This document shows, piece after piece, positions 11,095 through 24,000 of a DNA stretch of 64,000 nucleotides. The notes below the pieces were generated by a model. It made no database searches, was not told where the DNA came from, and saw only the letters and a list, made by a program, of their open reading frames with translations. This DNA is from Macrostomum hystrix (Eukaryota > Animalia > Platyhelminthes), in NCBI GenBank assembly GCA_950097015.1, contig CATNEN010000007.1, positions 9,052,001 to 9,116,000 on the forward strand, in the 5' to 3' direction. The first letter of the stretch is position 1, and each line of letters opens with the position of its first letter. A program made the translations under genes and the position numbers.

Positions 11095-12424
11095 TCATTT
11101 GCCGCTGGCGCCTGTGTCGAAGCCCCAGCAGACCAGAGCCCCAACGTAAGTGAAGGACCACTCCGTGGCATCCCCGGTGTCTCCTACCCAGACCTCGTTG
11201 ACCGGCAGGTTGCTCTTGTCGTAGATCATGCCCTCGTCAAAGATGCCATCAACTCGTTCGTTGCGATCGCAGTTGCAGGTGGCTTGCACCACGGTGTCCA
11301 CTCCGTCTACGTTGGTGGTGAGAGTGCCGCAGGTGCCCGTGGCGTGGCAGGCGCAAACACTCTGGTAGCGCAGGCTGTAGGGCTGGCCCCAGCCAAGCAT
11401 CTGCTGCCAGCGGTAGTTTACCCACCAGGTGGCCTAGAAGAGGCGACCAAAGTTTTGCGTCATCCATCCTTCGGGGTGTTTTTTGCTGAGTGAAGTGAGA
11501 CACACTCCCGAGAGGATCATCACGGCCCTCATCCTTACCTGCAGGTAGACGTTATTCTGATAGTGAATGCCGGCATCTCGGCAGGTGTAGCGCACAAACT
11601 GGGAGCAGTTCAGTGAGACCTGGGCCAGGCTGTTCAGCTGCTCAGCGGTGGTGCCGCCCTGGTAGTTAATGCGGATGTGGATGCTGCCGCCTGCCTCTGA
11701 GCCGTGGGCATAGACACCGGGCAGCGACATGTTCGTTGCTGAGGGGTGAGGAGGTGTTGGTGGCAGTTGGTTCGGTTTTTTGCTTTTTTTCTAACCCGTC
11801 CAATTAACAACAAAGTTTTTTCCAAACAGGAGAGGTAATGTCTACCAAGAAAATGTAGTGCATATAATGCCTAGATCCAGGCCTAGATTTCTGTTCAGTG
11901 AACTGCAGCGCTCACTATTCACAATGGAGTAGCCTAATCCATCAGAGCTGGACAGCCGGCAGAAGACGCTGAAAGGCTGCACTGGGCCGGTCGGCCCGTC
12001 CGGGTCGATGACCGTGGTCATGTCGTAGTCGAAGCCTGAGTCCTTCAGGTCCTGGCAGCTGCGCACTGGAATTGTCAAGTATAGCTTTGTGTAGCACGGA
12101 AATTAGCTGCAATAGTGCATCCGTGTAGAGCAAGAAGCCTATAATTCTAGAGTTCCGATTGGTTCGAGTATGTGGCAGTGAATCGGTCTGGTATTTCGGC
12201 AGTATAAATATTCTAAGGGCTGAGAGCGTCAACACCAGAAGCCAAACCTGCTGTGCACTCGACCCCGGCGTTGCACTCGCCCGACTCGCTGCCTCTGCCG
12301 AGGCAGGCGATGGTCAGGTCGCCGTAGGCGGTCATGTTGCACTGCCGCGTGCGGATGCGCACCCCGCCGGCGCAGGTCTGCGAGCAGTAGCCCCACGCCT
12401 GCCAGGACAGCCATTCGCCAGGTA
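11095..12424 (-). CDS. TSP1 repeat + Caspr/neurexin-IV-type fibrinogen-like domain protein (5' end not found)
   Basis: Phase-consistent exons 12424-12248 (WLSWQAWGYCSQTCAGGVRIRTRQC, TSP1), 12065-11916 (RSCQDLK...IDPDGPTGPVQPFSVFC), 11738-11539 (QLNSLAQVSLNCSQFVRYTC), 11433-11095 (WWV...CACHATGTC...CNCD...DEGMIYDKSNLPV...VGALVC, stop). Confidence 0.8.
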
Positions 12425-14064
12425 CTGCGAGGCAGGGATTTCAAGGAGCTGAATGATTTTATGCTTTAAAAAATATGAATTCACGTATTTTGAGTAGATC
12501 TCAAACATTTCGGAAATAAAAATAGCAAACGTTTTAAACCCTAGAGAAAGCGCTGCACCCAAAAACCACTAAGAAATTTACTCGATGCATGCACAAGTAA
12601 TGTAAACATGCAAACAATTGAACACTTTGATAAGTTGATAAAAAAGTCATGTCAGATGAGCAATAGAATAACACAATTGTGGAGGCCATTATCAGCTTAT
12701 CCGATTTCTTCAAATGTTTCTTGAAGACGATCGCAGGGTGCCTTTTCTTTTTGTTTCGTCGAGTTGGAATGGCAAAGCAGTGTGACAAGTTAACTTGGAC
12801 ATGCGATCGTCTATTTATCTTGACTTGACGTATGGTCAGTTAATTCAGATCATTTTACTACCTCAGCGGATCCAAAACGGAACACAATGCGTCGATCCAT
12901 GCATATTTTATGAAAGGGATTGCTCAATTAAGCAAGAGCTATTGCGATTGAGCCAGAACTCAATCGGTTGCCTCTTTGCGTATGCAGTTCAAAGTACCCG
13001 TGGTCTGCTGGTCTTAAAATGCCTCTTTGAAAGTCTATTTCGCGGAGTTAAAATGAATAATTCAGATGCTTGGCGAATTAATTATACTTGAAAACAATCG
13101 CAATTTTCAAATTGTTTTTCTTAAATACCATGGCAATATCTTAATGCACAACAAAAATCTGCAGTATTTAGCACATTATTCAGTAAATTCTGTTGATTAC
13201 TCACACAATTTTGGTCTTATCCGAATCCAAAATGAAATACTTATTAGCATTGGAGGATAATCGGAACCTTCGTGTTCCATCGTGTCAAAGTTACGATTGC
13301 CTGAAACTCGGACTTCCAATTGTAATTTGAAAGCATCGTTACATACTTGCAATTACCGGCCATTTTCGGAAGGCCATAAAGTGAAATGTTAAGCAATGTG
13401 CGTCACATCACAAATTGAAGCGCGATATTTCTGTGTTTCGCATGGTTTTGTTTGGGTGTTGGGTCATCGGTGTGACCTATTTGCTCGCGACTTTAAAGAT
13501 TTGTCTTGCGCTTGAACAGTTGTTTCATTTTTAACGATTTTTTAGTAATGACTTTTAATCTGGCTGTATAGTAGGAATTTGGCTAAAAAAATATATGACT
13601 CAACGGTTTTTGACATGTAATCCAATTACTATTTGTTCTCGCCTAGCTTCATCGGTCGTCCAATTGCCTTCGTTGTTAATAAAAATTTGCATGAGTATAT
13701 AAGTTATTTAAAACCCATCTAGAGTGTCCAATGGAATATCGTATTTTGCTTTTATAATTTTAATTCTTTTTTCTAAATCAATCCAGAAAAAATGCGGTTC
13801 CCTATCAATAATCACCAATAACGATATTTTTAACGTATTAAAAATTGAAATAAAATGCATAAATTTGAAAAATTTCGTAAACATGATATCAATAAAAATA
13901 ATGGATAGAGTCTATTAAAGTTTTTTTCGAATTCTTTTTTGCTTATTGTGGCCATTGTTTTTTGTTGTACTTATTAGATTCGCATTCGACGTTTGTATTC
14001 TACATTTCATTGTAACTAAATTATCTATTCTGGCTTCTGGAGACCAGGTGCAAGGCCGCCAGTC

Positions 14065-14237
14065 CAGTGGCGTAGCGAGGGGGTATCGGTGTATCAGCCG
14101 ATACCCCTAAAATTTGATGTCTCAAAATTTTTCGCATTCAGTTTCTTCGAAAGAAATGAATTAATTGTTTTTTATTCTGGATACGCTGGATAGAACCAAA
14201 ACCGATATCCCCAAAAAAAATCCAGGCTACACCCCTG
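14065..14237. mobile_element. Short MITE
   Basis: Imperfect TIRs CAGTGGCGTAGC / GCTACACCCCTG. CGCCAGTC lies immediately left (14057-14064) and recurs 7 bp beyond the right end (14245-14252). Confidence 0.5.
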
Positions 14238-14941
14238 CGGCCTGCGCCAGTCCAGCGGCAGCCATATAAGTTTTGCCAGCAGCAAAAAAATACCTTTTGA
14301 ATGCTAAATGCTAAATGCAGTTTTGCCTCATTTAGCTAGGCCATTAGCAATAGATTTTTTATACGTGGGTCAGATTTATGCTTATCGTTTATTAGCCCTT
14401 ATTTGAATATTTCAATATTTTAATAAGTGTTTTATATGCATATATGTAGACTGTCGTTTATAAGTTTATTAGCTGTCATATTTTGCTAAAAATAATTATG
14501 TTGCTCTAATCTCTAGCAATATAATCATAATGACCATTGGCTCTTAACTATGTTAGCTTATTTGCATGCATGGCCTGGCCTAGAACTTTACCTTGGCTTT
14601 TGCCTAGATAGGCCCCCCCCCTACCATCATTACATCAATGTTGTTAAGTGTGATTTTGTGAAATGTCCTATGCCCTATCCTATAGATCTAACAGGTTAAC
14701 AAAATTTAGTTGATGGTTATGGTCAACAAGTACATGATTCACTAGATCAGCATCAGTATAGGCTAGCTATCTATCAATGATAATAGGTCTATGTTCAATG
14801 TCCTAAGAAAATGTTGACATAGGGTGACCTCATGTGTTAAGTTGATATTGTATTGATATAGGGTGACCATTATTAACAATATCCTATCAAGTCTGCCACT
14901 TAAGCACTTATAGCATCTTTTGTTTTCATAGTTTGTAGAAA

Positions 14942-15160
14942 GAGGTTGTAGCCTATTAGTTGGGCTGTCAGACTCACAACTTGAAGGTTGGGGGTTCAAT
15001 TCCCGACTCCACTGGAACAATTAGTATCCTTTAGCAAAACATTTAACTCTGCATTGCTTCAGTTCACCTAGCTGTTAAATGGGTACCAGCATCAGCTGGG
15101 ATAATTGAAGGTGGGTGTGGCGTCCCCCCAGTCCATGGACTTAACAGCCGTACGCAGCCT
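14942..15160 (+). mobile_element. tRNA-derived SINE family B with CORE-like central domain
   Basis: tRNA-like head (TAGCCTATTAGTT A-box-like, GGTTCAATTCC B-box), then GCAAAACATTTAAC...CTAGCTGTTAAATGGGTACCAG; related copies at 4003 and 6040. Confidence 0.7.
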
Positions 15161-15726
15161 TCAGATGTGTCGCACATTAGCTGCGGCTGTGCTGTCAGCT
15201 GCACATCTGACTCAATTGGGGCAGGTGTAAGATTTCAATTATTTTTTATAATTTTCATGCTTTATAATTAAATTATATTTGCTGTGCATGAAATCAACTT
15301 TTACTGAATATTTGACCACTAGCTACATTGAGTGGTTAACCAAGTAGCTACTATTGGCAAATGTCAAGAAAAAAACTTGTACGAGTTGATAGTGGCCTGT
15401 TCACCCACATTTTATATGACTTTTTATATATGACTATTTATATAGCCATTGCCCAGCCTAGGTGATGCCAAAGACACATGCATACAAATGCTGCACCTTA
15501 GGCATGTTGCCAAAACTGCTAGATGTGCCGCGCAATAGCTGCAGCTGTACTGTTGGCTGCCCATGTGGCCTGATCGAAGCAGGTGTAATCGATTATTTTT
15601 TTATGTTAATTATTGCTGTAAAGATTTCTAAATATCTGTTCTTTAAAATATGAAATTATTGAAACATTCTGCTTCGGAGCAGAAAAAAAGTGAAGCATCC
15701 CAAATCCCACACAGCTTGCAGTTGCC

Positions 15727-15984
15727 ATGGGCGAGAGGTTCAATGTGCACACCCAGCTGGAGCACCTGCAGGCCAAGTATGTTGGCACCGGCCATGCGGA
15801 CACCAACAAATGGGAATGGCTCACCAACCAGCACAGGGACACCTGCGCCTCCATCCAGGGCCACCCGGACCTGCTGAACATGATCGCCATAGCCGAGAAT
15901 GAGAGCCGTGCCCGAGTTCGCTTCAACTTGATGGAGAAGATGCTGCAGCCCTGCGGCCCGCCGCCAGAGAAGACTGAAGTCTGA
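15727..15984 (+). CDS. SF3B5: Splicing factor 3B subunit 5 (SF3b10)
   Basis: QLEHLQAKYVGTGHADTNKWEWLTNQHRD...AIAENESRARVRFNLMEKMLQPCGPPP is the conserved SF3B5 sequence; AATAAA near 16155. Confidence 0.97.
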   Translation: MGERFNVHTQLEHLQAKYVGTGHADTNKWEWLTNQHRDTCASIQGHPDLLNMIAIAENESRARVRFNLMEKMLQPCGPPPEKTEV

Positions 15985-16177
15985 CCTTTGCCTGTACTTT
16001 TATTGCCAATGCGACTTGGCAAACTATCTATTGTCTGTACATTCTATTGCTTATCAGTTAAAACTACATTCTCAATTTATAAATACAACTCCATGCTATG
16101 CTAAATGCAATGCCGTATTGTTGAAACATTATCTTCATAGCCCTTTTCCTTGCAAATAAAAATATTAAATAACAGCC

Positions 16178-16700
16178 GATTGCCTCAGGTGTGGGTCCTG
16201 AACATCCCATTGTTTCAGGTGTGGGTCCTGAACATCCCATTGCCTCAGGTGTGGGTACTGAGCATCTAATTGTCTCAGGTGTGGGTCCTGAAAATCCCAT
16301 TGTCTCAGTGTGGGTCCTGAGCATCTAATTGTCTCAGGTGTGGGTCCTGAGCATCTAATTGTCTCAGGTGTGGGTCCTGAAAATCCCATTGTCTCAGTGT
16401 GGGTCCTGAACATCTAATTGCCTCAGGTGTGGGTCCTGAACATCCCATTGCCTCAGGTGTGGGTCCTGAGCATCTAATTGTCTCAGGTGTGGGTCCTGAA
16501 CATCACATTGTATGAGGTGTGGGTCCTGAAAATCCCATTGTCTCAGTGTGGGTCCTGAACATCTAATTGCCTCAGGTGTGGGTCCTGAACATCCCATTGC
16601 CTCAGGTGTGGGTCCTGAGCATCTAATTGTCTCAGGTGTGGGTCCTGAGCATCTAATTGTCTCAGGTGTGGGTCCTGAACACCCTCCCACTCCTCAGGTG
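16178..16700. repeat. 30-bp minisatellite (~17 units, some 29 bp)
   Basis: Unit ~TGCCTCAGGTGTGGGTCCTGAACATCCCAT. Confidence 0.95.
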
Positions 16701-16864
16701 AAGGCCCTTATACACACCCCATTTCCTCAATAGAAGGCCCCGATACACCTCATTTACCACAGGTGAGTCCCATCTCAGAGTTTTTATGTTGTTTTTGTTC
16801 ATAATTTCAGTTCTAGCTGATTTCGGGCCTGGCGCAATTCTCTCCTGAGAGTAAAAACGAAGCC

Positions 16865-18586
16865 ATGAACGAAGCCGCCCTGTGTCTGAACCAGAGCAGC
16901 TACCATGCCGGCGAGATCGTCTACGGCGCCGCGTACATCTGCATCTGCCGGCCTTCGCAGATTCGCACTCTGCAGATTCGCATCCAGGGCACCGAGACCG
17001 GTCAGTGTTCGAAGGCTGTACTGCACTCCCAGATCCCCACTCGGATATCATCTCCCAGATCCCCAATCAGGTATCATCTCTCAGATCCCCAATCAGGTGT
17101 CATCTCCCAGATCCCCAATCAGGTGTCATCTCCCAGATTCCCAATCAGGTATCATCTCCCAGATCTCCAATCAGGTATCGTCTCCCAGATCCCCAATCAG
17201 GTATCGTCTCCCAGATCCCCAATTAAGTATCGTCTCCCAGATCCCCAATCAGGTATAATCTCCCAGATCCCCAATCAGGTATAATCTCCCAGATCCCCAA
17301 TCAGGTATCATCTCCCAGATCCCCAATCAGGTATCATCTCCCAGATCCCCAATCAGGTATCTGCAAAGACCTGTTGTTGGTGCAGCCATTGCGCATCCCC
17401 GCACCTTCGCAGTGACGTGGAGCCGGCGCAAAGGCCAGAGCAGCTCGGCATGCCTGATCGACCAGTCCTACGACCTGCTGAGCCTACCCCAGCCCATTCC
17501 GTTCGGCAGCTACCTGATTCCGTTCAAACTTCCCCTGCCAAACCTGCTGCCCGCCAGTTTCTACTTCGCCGAGTTCGACGAGCTCTGCTGCGAGGCCAGC
17601 GACCTGCCCGAGGCCTGCCGCGTGGCCTACAGCATCAGCTTGGCTTCGCCGCAGAGCCAGCGCTTCGGTGCCCGCCTGGACCTCCTAGTTGAGGAGGAGG
17701 CGCCGGGCTCCGAGGAGCCGCTGTCCGTCAAGGACTCGCTCAACCTGTCCGTCATTCCCGCCATGCGGAAGACCCTCCGCCTGTGGCTCAGCCTGGACCG
17801 GCAGGCGGTTCGATTCGGCGAGTTTCTCACCGTCACGCTGCGGCTGGAGAACAAGACCGGGCGCACCATCGAGAATGTGGCCATCAAGCTGCTGCGCCGC
17901 ATCTCCGTTGCCTGTGTGGACACCGGCGATCAGCAGTTGCAGCAGCCGCATGATCCGGCTAAGTGTCCTCACTGCGTCAGCGTCTGCTCAACTTGGTGGG
18001 CCATGCTCATGCCCGGCAGCGATCCGGAGGTCAGCTGGGACTTTGGAGCCGAGTTTGCACTTTTAAGGAACTTATAAGATTGCGAGTGACTCTTAATTCT
18101 AGAGTGTGTAATAGTTACTCCCGCTGTTTACCCCAGGTAGTTACTCCCCCGTCGTTTGGGTTTACGGGTGGCCAACACCACCTCATGACCAGGTGATCAA
18201 TTGCCCGCCCGCAGGTGATGGAGTGCGGCTTCGACGACCTCAAGATTCCGATCCCGTCGCCGACGCCGTGCGACTTTGCGCAGACTGTGAACTCGCATCG
18301 CCTGACCTGCCAGCACTTCCTGCAGCTGCTGGTGTCTCTGGACGGCGGCCGGCGCCTGCAGACCGAGGTCCGCCTGCCGCTGGTCCGCGCCCAGGCCGCG
18401 GCGCAGTCCGCCACCTGGCATCAGGCGGAGCAGCCGCTGCCGCACTGGCTGGCTAGCTGCTCAGCCCTGCTCAGCCGGTCCGCCAGCCTGCCGCTGCGCC
18501 TGGACGAGGCCCTCGGCACCAACTTTGCCGCCATGCCGGTGCTTCGCTCTCTGCCGGCCAGCGCTCTGGTCACCGACTTTGCCTGA
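16865..18586 (+). CDS. Alpha-arrestin / arrestin-domain-containing protein, 3 exons (16865-17000, 17413-18029, 18215-18586)
   Basis: YHAGEIVYG...IRIQGTE, GSYLIPFKLPLPNLLPASF, VAYSI (arrestin-N); LSLDRQAVRFGEFLTVTLRLENKTGRTIENVAIKL (arrestin-C); phases consistent. Confidence 0.85.
17027..17362. repeat. 26-bp minisatellite in arrestin intron 1
   Basis: Unit CTCCCAGATCCCCAATCAGGTATCAT, ~13 copies. Confidence 0.95.
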
Positions 18587-18628
18587 GCCACTCCACACTG
18601 ACGCTCCTTGAATGTCGGGTAGAAACTT

Positions 18629-18990
18629 CTGACAATGTTCCCAACACTCAGTCTGAGTCAGTGGGGATTGTGCAGTTACAGACAATGTTCCCAACACTCA
18701 GTCTGAGTCAGTGGGGATTGTGCAGTTACTGACAATGTTCCCAACACTCAGTCTGAGTCAGTGGGGATTGTGCAGTTACTGACAATGTTCCCAACACTCA
18801 GTCTGAGTCAGTGGGGATTGTGCAGTTACTGACAATGTTCCCAACACTCAGTCTGAGTCAGTGGGGATTGTGCAGTTACTGACAATGTTCCCAACACTCA
18901 GTCTGAGTCAGTGGGGATTGTGCAGTTACAGACAATGTTCCCAACACTCAGTCTGAGTCAGTGGGGATTGTGCAGTTACAGACAATGTTC
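18629..18990. repeat. 50-bp minisatellite just 3' of the arrestin stop
   Basis: Unit GACAATGTTCCCAACACTCAGTCTGAGTCAGTGGGGATTGTGCAGTTAC(T/A), 7 near-identical copies. Confidence 0.95.
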
Positions 18991-21062
18991 TAAGTACTAT
19001 GAGCATAATGAACTTTAACTGTATGGAAGAGATTGTGATTATGTGCACATTTGTTTTAATTTTCTTTAGCCATGTTATAGCTGTCGCAAATTTGTACACA
19101 TTTTGCACTCTTATTTTAGTTGCTGATCGCGGCACGCATTCAGATCTCTCATTTCAACGTACTTGTCAATATTTTCAACTTTTTGGTCCGCGTTCAATTT
19201 AGTCTCGTCCTTGACCCAGACAACTCGCCAATGCATACTACTGTCGCTTCTTACAGTTAGTAGTCAGTGTTGTGTTATAATTAATTTTATATGTGCCTCT
19301 GTGTCTTTCACGCGCAATAATTTTGTTGTCGAAAGTGTGTTTTCTCTTGTTCCGTTGCGTTCCTGTGTCTGTAATATTGACAGTCACTGATCTTCTACCG
19401 TAAGCTAATCTAGTGTTTACTCTCAGCCTGTATTAGTAGCATTAGCAGCCAGGTGTAAAATATTATATATAACTGATGTGTTGATACTTGGGATTATATT
19501 ATATTCCTTCTTGCTTTTTAGCACCTTCAATGAAACGCTAAATTAGCTTGCGAACTAGCAAGCATTTTGTTTTTCGTTGTTTTCATGGATAATCCAGACG
19601 TACAAATTTTCCCTGAAATCTGGTTTCCGGGTTTTCTACTTGAATCCTCTGTGACTTTTCAACATTTGCTGTCCATATCCACAACGAGATTTCCTATTTC
19701 AGTACCGTAGAGATTTCCCCAGTCTGAAATTTCTCTACAGTTGGGCCTCACACGTATTGTATCTTGCTCTGATTGATTTACTAACAGGGAAGTGTCGTAG
19801 GAACTTCCCGACAGAGATTGTGCAACGCAGATTGTGCTGCCTTCCACAGTTCCGCTTAATAAAGTTTTATTACGGCTTCACACTGGTGAAATCACTGATG
19901 AGTAAGTACAGGATGAATTTCTAGCATCTCGGTGAGATAAACTGACATAAATGAGTCCTTAATCTGAGTCCCGCATCTGGAAATGCAGGACTTGAAGCCT
20001 GCCAAATTTACGACTCGTGAATTGTTTCGAAAGGGTTCTGCGTGTACCACACGGCGAGCGACGGCGTGTCCTTCGCGCTGTCTCCGCACGGCTGTAAAGT
20101 GTCGCGCATGGTTCGCGGCGCACTATTGTTGCCATGCGCATGTAGCTTGGCCATGCGGAGACGGCGGCCCAGGGATTAATTTTCATCCGGTTAGAGGCTC
20201 ACTTGAGCGGCCGTTCCTACCGCTGCGGCGCATCCCAAGACGCTTGTACTTCCCGCCTAGTTCCGCTGAGTAACCCGCCGCAGATTGTAAAAAAGATAAG
20301 GAGTGACTCCACGCAGTGCCCATGGTGATCCGGGCGGACCGGTTGTTACGGAGCAGGCGGTGGGGGAACAGAGTGGGAGAAGTCAGCCAGCCCATTGTGG
20401 GGAACTCCTGACCCCAAGCTGGCTGGGATCTTTGAGAACTGAATAGTCGGATGGCACTAGTGGAGGAGGCGGGGCTTGACTCTGTGACTGTCTCCCACAG
20501 GCTTTAGCAAGAAGGGCACATTGGCGAGAGAAGGTGCAGAAAGCTTCAGTGCATTGGCTTTCGCACGCAAAGCATGAACACAATGGGGGCTGAGTTGGGT
20601 GAGGAAAGCAGCTGCACAAGTAGCCCTGAGAATAGTAGTGTGCCAGGCGCTGCCTCCCTACCAATGCATCTGGCAAGCAAGCGGGACCGGCACTGTCCGC
20701 TGGTGACCCCCCCACCGGTCTAACTTCACTGCCAGCCACCCCAGCCTCCGCGCGTTGCCATAGCTGCGGCGTGCGTTCTCAGCCTGCGCTGGTTGCGCAA
20801 ATTCTTAGTATTTCCTTTCCCTCCTCTCTTTCTCTGCTTCGCAACTTCAAGCAGGCTTTGGTGTTTGTGTGTACCTGTCCCGAAAAACTCGCGCACGACT
20901 GTACGAAAAAAGAAGGCGAATACACAAGTTGACAAATCCGGCCGTTGTTTTCTTGCACTGGCGGATAGTTTCTCAGGAGAAGGCAGCTGCAAAAGATACT
21001 AAATACTCCTATTGAGTTGCTTAGCAAGCCGGGCAGGTCATGCTGTAGCCTTGCAAAGATCA

Positions 21063-24000
21063 ATGGCTACGGATCCGAAGCCCACGCAGCAGCAACCGGC
21101 GACTGCTCAGAATGAAGAGGCACCACCCAGCGGCGGGGAAAACTCGCCCGGCCAGGACTCCTCTCAGTCGTCGGCAACGGCTGCGGCCAAGTGCGTGTAC
21201 ATCTTCCGAAACGGCGACGTCTTCGCGCCTTCAAAGAAATTTGTGCTGAACCGACGTCAACTGCGCGATTGGGACGTCTTTCTTGAGCAGGTGACAATGT
21301 CCGTGAACCCGCTGCGCGGCGCAGTGCGCACCATCGTCACACCTAAGCGCGGCCGCAGACGAGTTCAGGACTTGGACAGCTTTGAGGACAAAGGGCACTA
21401 CGTGGCGTTGGCCAGGGGCGAGCGGTTCAAGCCCGTGACGTGAGCGACGTGGCTTTCGAGAGCTTTTTTTCAGACTTTGAACTGATTCTCTTAAATAGCA
21501 ATGGGAAGGAGGCTTGACAGAGGCTAGAAAAGTGCTCCCAACGGAATAGAAAAAAGCTTCTAACATGAATTCTTCCCCGAAGGTTTTTTCTGATAATATC
21601 CCAAAAGTTTACAAATATCTTGTCCTTTTTTCGAGGAGTCTTAGCGAATTCAGTGAGACTAAGGTCAGTACTTAGTCAGTTGAATCAGTTAAAATGCGTC
21701 GTAAAAACGATCTTCAAGGTCAATGTCACGCAGAATAATACTCGTAGTAATACTAGCTTATAATATTTGCACATCATTTGGTGTCGGTTGACCGCAGTCA
21801 CCGAGGAGACAATTCAGCCCATTGAGTACACACGCACAAAGTTGTGCAAAACTGCCTTGACTTTCTCATCGTCAGGCAGTGTACACTCACTATGCCTTGG
21901 AGGTTACTTGTCCTCAAGGGCGTGAATTTCACGACAAGCCCCCAAGCCTTCTCTCAGCGGCTGCGCTCCAAATGAAGGTGGCCTAGCCGCGGAATTGAGC
22001 TCAGGGACCTTGGTGCGAGAGGCAAGCGCATTAAACGCTCTGCTACTCACCCCTTGTTTGCTAAGTCGCGCAGTCAGCTGCTAATGTTCATGTCTGCGAA
22101 TCCCGTCTTCCAGCTACGTGCCAGAGGCCGAGGTGGGAGTCAGCGCTAACGGAAACCACGTGGAGTGGAACGGCGCAGGCACCTCTCCCACCGCATCTCC
22201 TAGAAGGCCGATTGGGGGCAACCGGATTGTGCTGGAGCCGGTGAGTTCACTTTTGTGATATGGTTATTCTGGTTACCAGTGTTCTGCCTTTGTAGTAGGT
22301 TGCTAGAATAAGCAGTAACTGGACTGGTTGCCCGCAGATCCTGCCGGTGGTGCACAATAAGAAGCTGATGTCTGTGCAGCCCCGATTCGGCGCCAAGATG
22401 GACGTCATCAGCTCCCAGTCAAAGGCAATCAGGTAAGTGGCTGACGAAGGCTTAATAACAGGTGCACAGAGCGCCTACATACTACATTTATTTTACGCTT
22501 GCAGCTTTTGATACCTGTTCCATAACCCATCTATAGGGTGTACCGCAACGGCGATGAGTTCACGCCGGCCATCATCGTCATGTTGCGGCCCTCCGAGCAA
22601 GTCAGCATGGAGGTCGTGCTTCGTGCCGTTGAGGAGCGAGTGGTGCTACCGAACAACATGGCCATCCGGAAGTGAGTGCTTTCCGTTTAATTCCATATGA
22701 AAAATATTTGTAATAAATAAATACTGGACGGATCCAGTTCGTTTGGTCCCATCATCCGTATATCATTAGCTGTATCCGTCTAGTCCATTGGTTTCGTAGC
22801 TCTTGGCTATCTCACAGTTATCTTACTCGTATAATCGTAGTTGCTCTGGGACCTTGTATCCTTTCATACTTGCAAATTTACCGTTGACTAACGATAAATT
22901 GCTGCTGTCATTTATGAAGGGCAACTTAGTGATCGATTAGTAATCATTGCCTGTCAACCTGAGGATTAGAAATAAACAGGGTTCCCTTGGCATTTGCTGG
23001 GGCCATATATTGTATGGATGTACCCGTGCAAGTGTGTACTTGTCTCGTACGTATTCTGAGCTGCTTACAATTAAATCGAGCAAGTCCTAATAAAACTTGC
23101 TTTGCTCTTCGCAAAACAGGCTGTTTGACATCAACGGTCGCCGTGTCCGCGAACCGCAGGAGCTGCAGCACGAGAAGCACTACGTGGCGGCCGGCCACGA
23201 GCCCTTCCTTTCAAGGCCGTACGGCCAGAAGCTGCCAGTGATTATCATCGGCAAGGCAGAGAGAAAGTGAGTGGACCTTTTCTGGCTCTAAAATTGATGT
23301 CCATTTGTGCAAAAGTACTTGCAATCAAATAATCCCGGTCAATAAAATTCCATAAGTCTGGCATCTGCATTATTTAGTATATTGGACTAGCAATTGGTGC
23401 CCCTTTAATTATTGAGCTTATTGAGCGAGAAAGTGCATGTTTTCAAGGACTAAAATAAGCTTATGACATCAGAACCATAGTTTTTAGTAAATCCTAAAAG
23501 TATTGGTTTAGCAAAAAAGCATTAAGCGGCATTTTTGAAAAATATACTATGAATTGAAGAGCTGTTCGTATATACGAGCCTGGATAATGTAGCGAACTTT
23601 TTTAATACTTTAATACTCTTTCTGTAAGTCGAAAATAGTTCTTTGCAAACGACTTCGTCTTTAAAATGTACTTCAGTGACAGCAGTGGATGGTAATTTTT
23701 TTATTTCAATACATTTTAATAGAAGTCTTTCTGTTTTACTCTCTGTTACTTTCATTTGAAAGGTTCGTCTTTATTGCGAATTCAAAAGAAACCTTTTTTC
23801 TTTCAAGAACCGCATGCCTTTCCTCAGCTTTCCTTTGCTCCATCAACTAAAGCGAAAATTTATATACTCGTACCTCGTAGTGTAGTAACGCTATCAGCAT
23901 TTTGAATTTGAATTCAAATCAATCAATTGAAGAGAAAATCAATCAAATTGAATTTACGAATCTCCGTTCAACAAAACTGCAGGTCAACCATCAAGTACCT

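Noticed and set aside
14942-15012. tRNA gene
   Set aside because: No complete cloverleaf or terminator; it continues into a repeated SINE body.
16064-18990. Regular repeats resembling CRISPR arrays, and the ORFs derived from them
   Set aside because: Head-to-tail units without unique spacers; eukaryotic context; no cas genes.
20383-20739. Cys-rich minus-strand ORF upstream of the DCX gene
   Set aside because: GTG start, no recognisable domain or splice context; probably promoter/5' region.
21853-21882. CTGACGA...GAAA in the SINE A hairpin as a hammerhead
   Set aside because: GAAA is not conserved in the other copies, and there is no stem III or NUH site.
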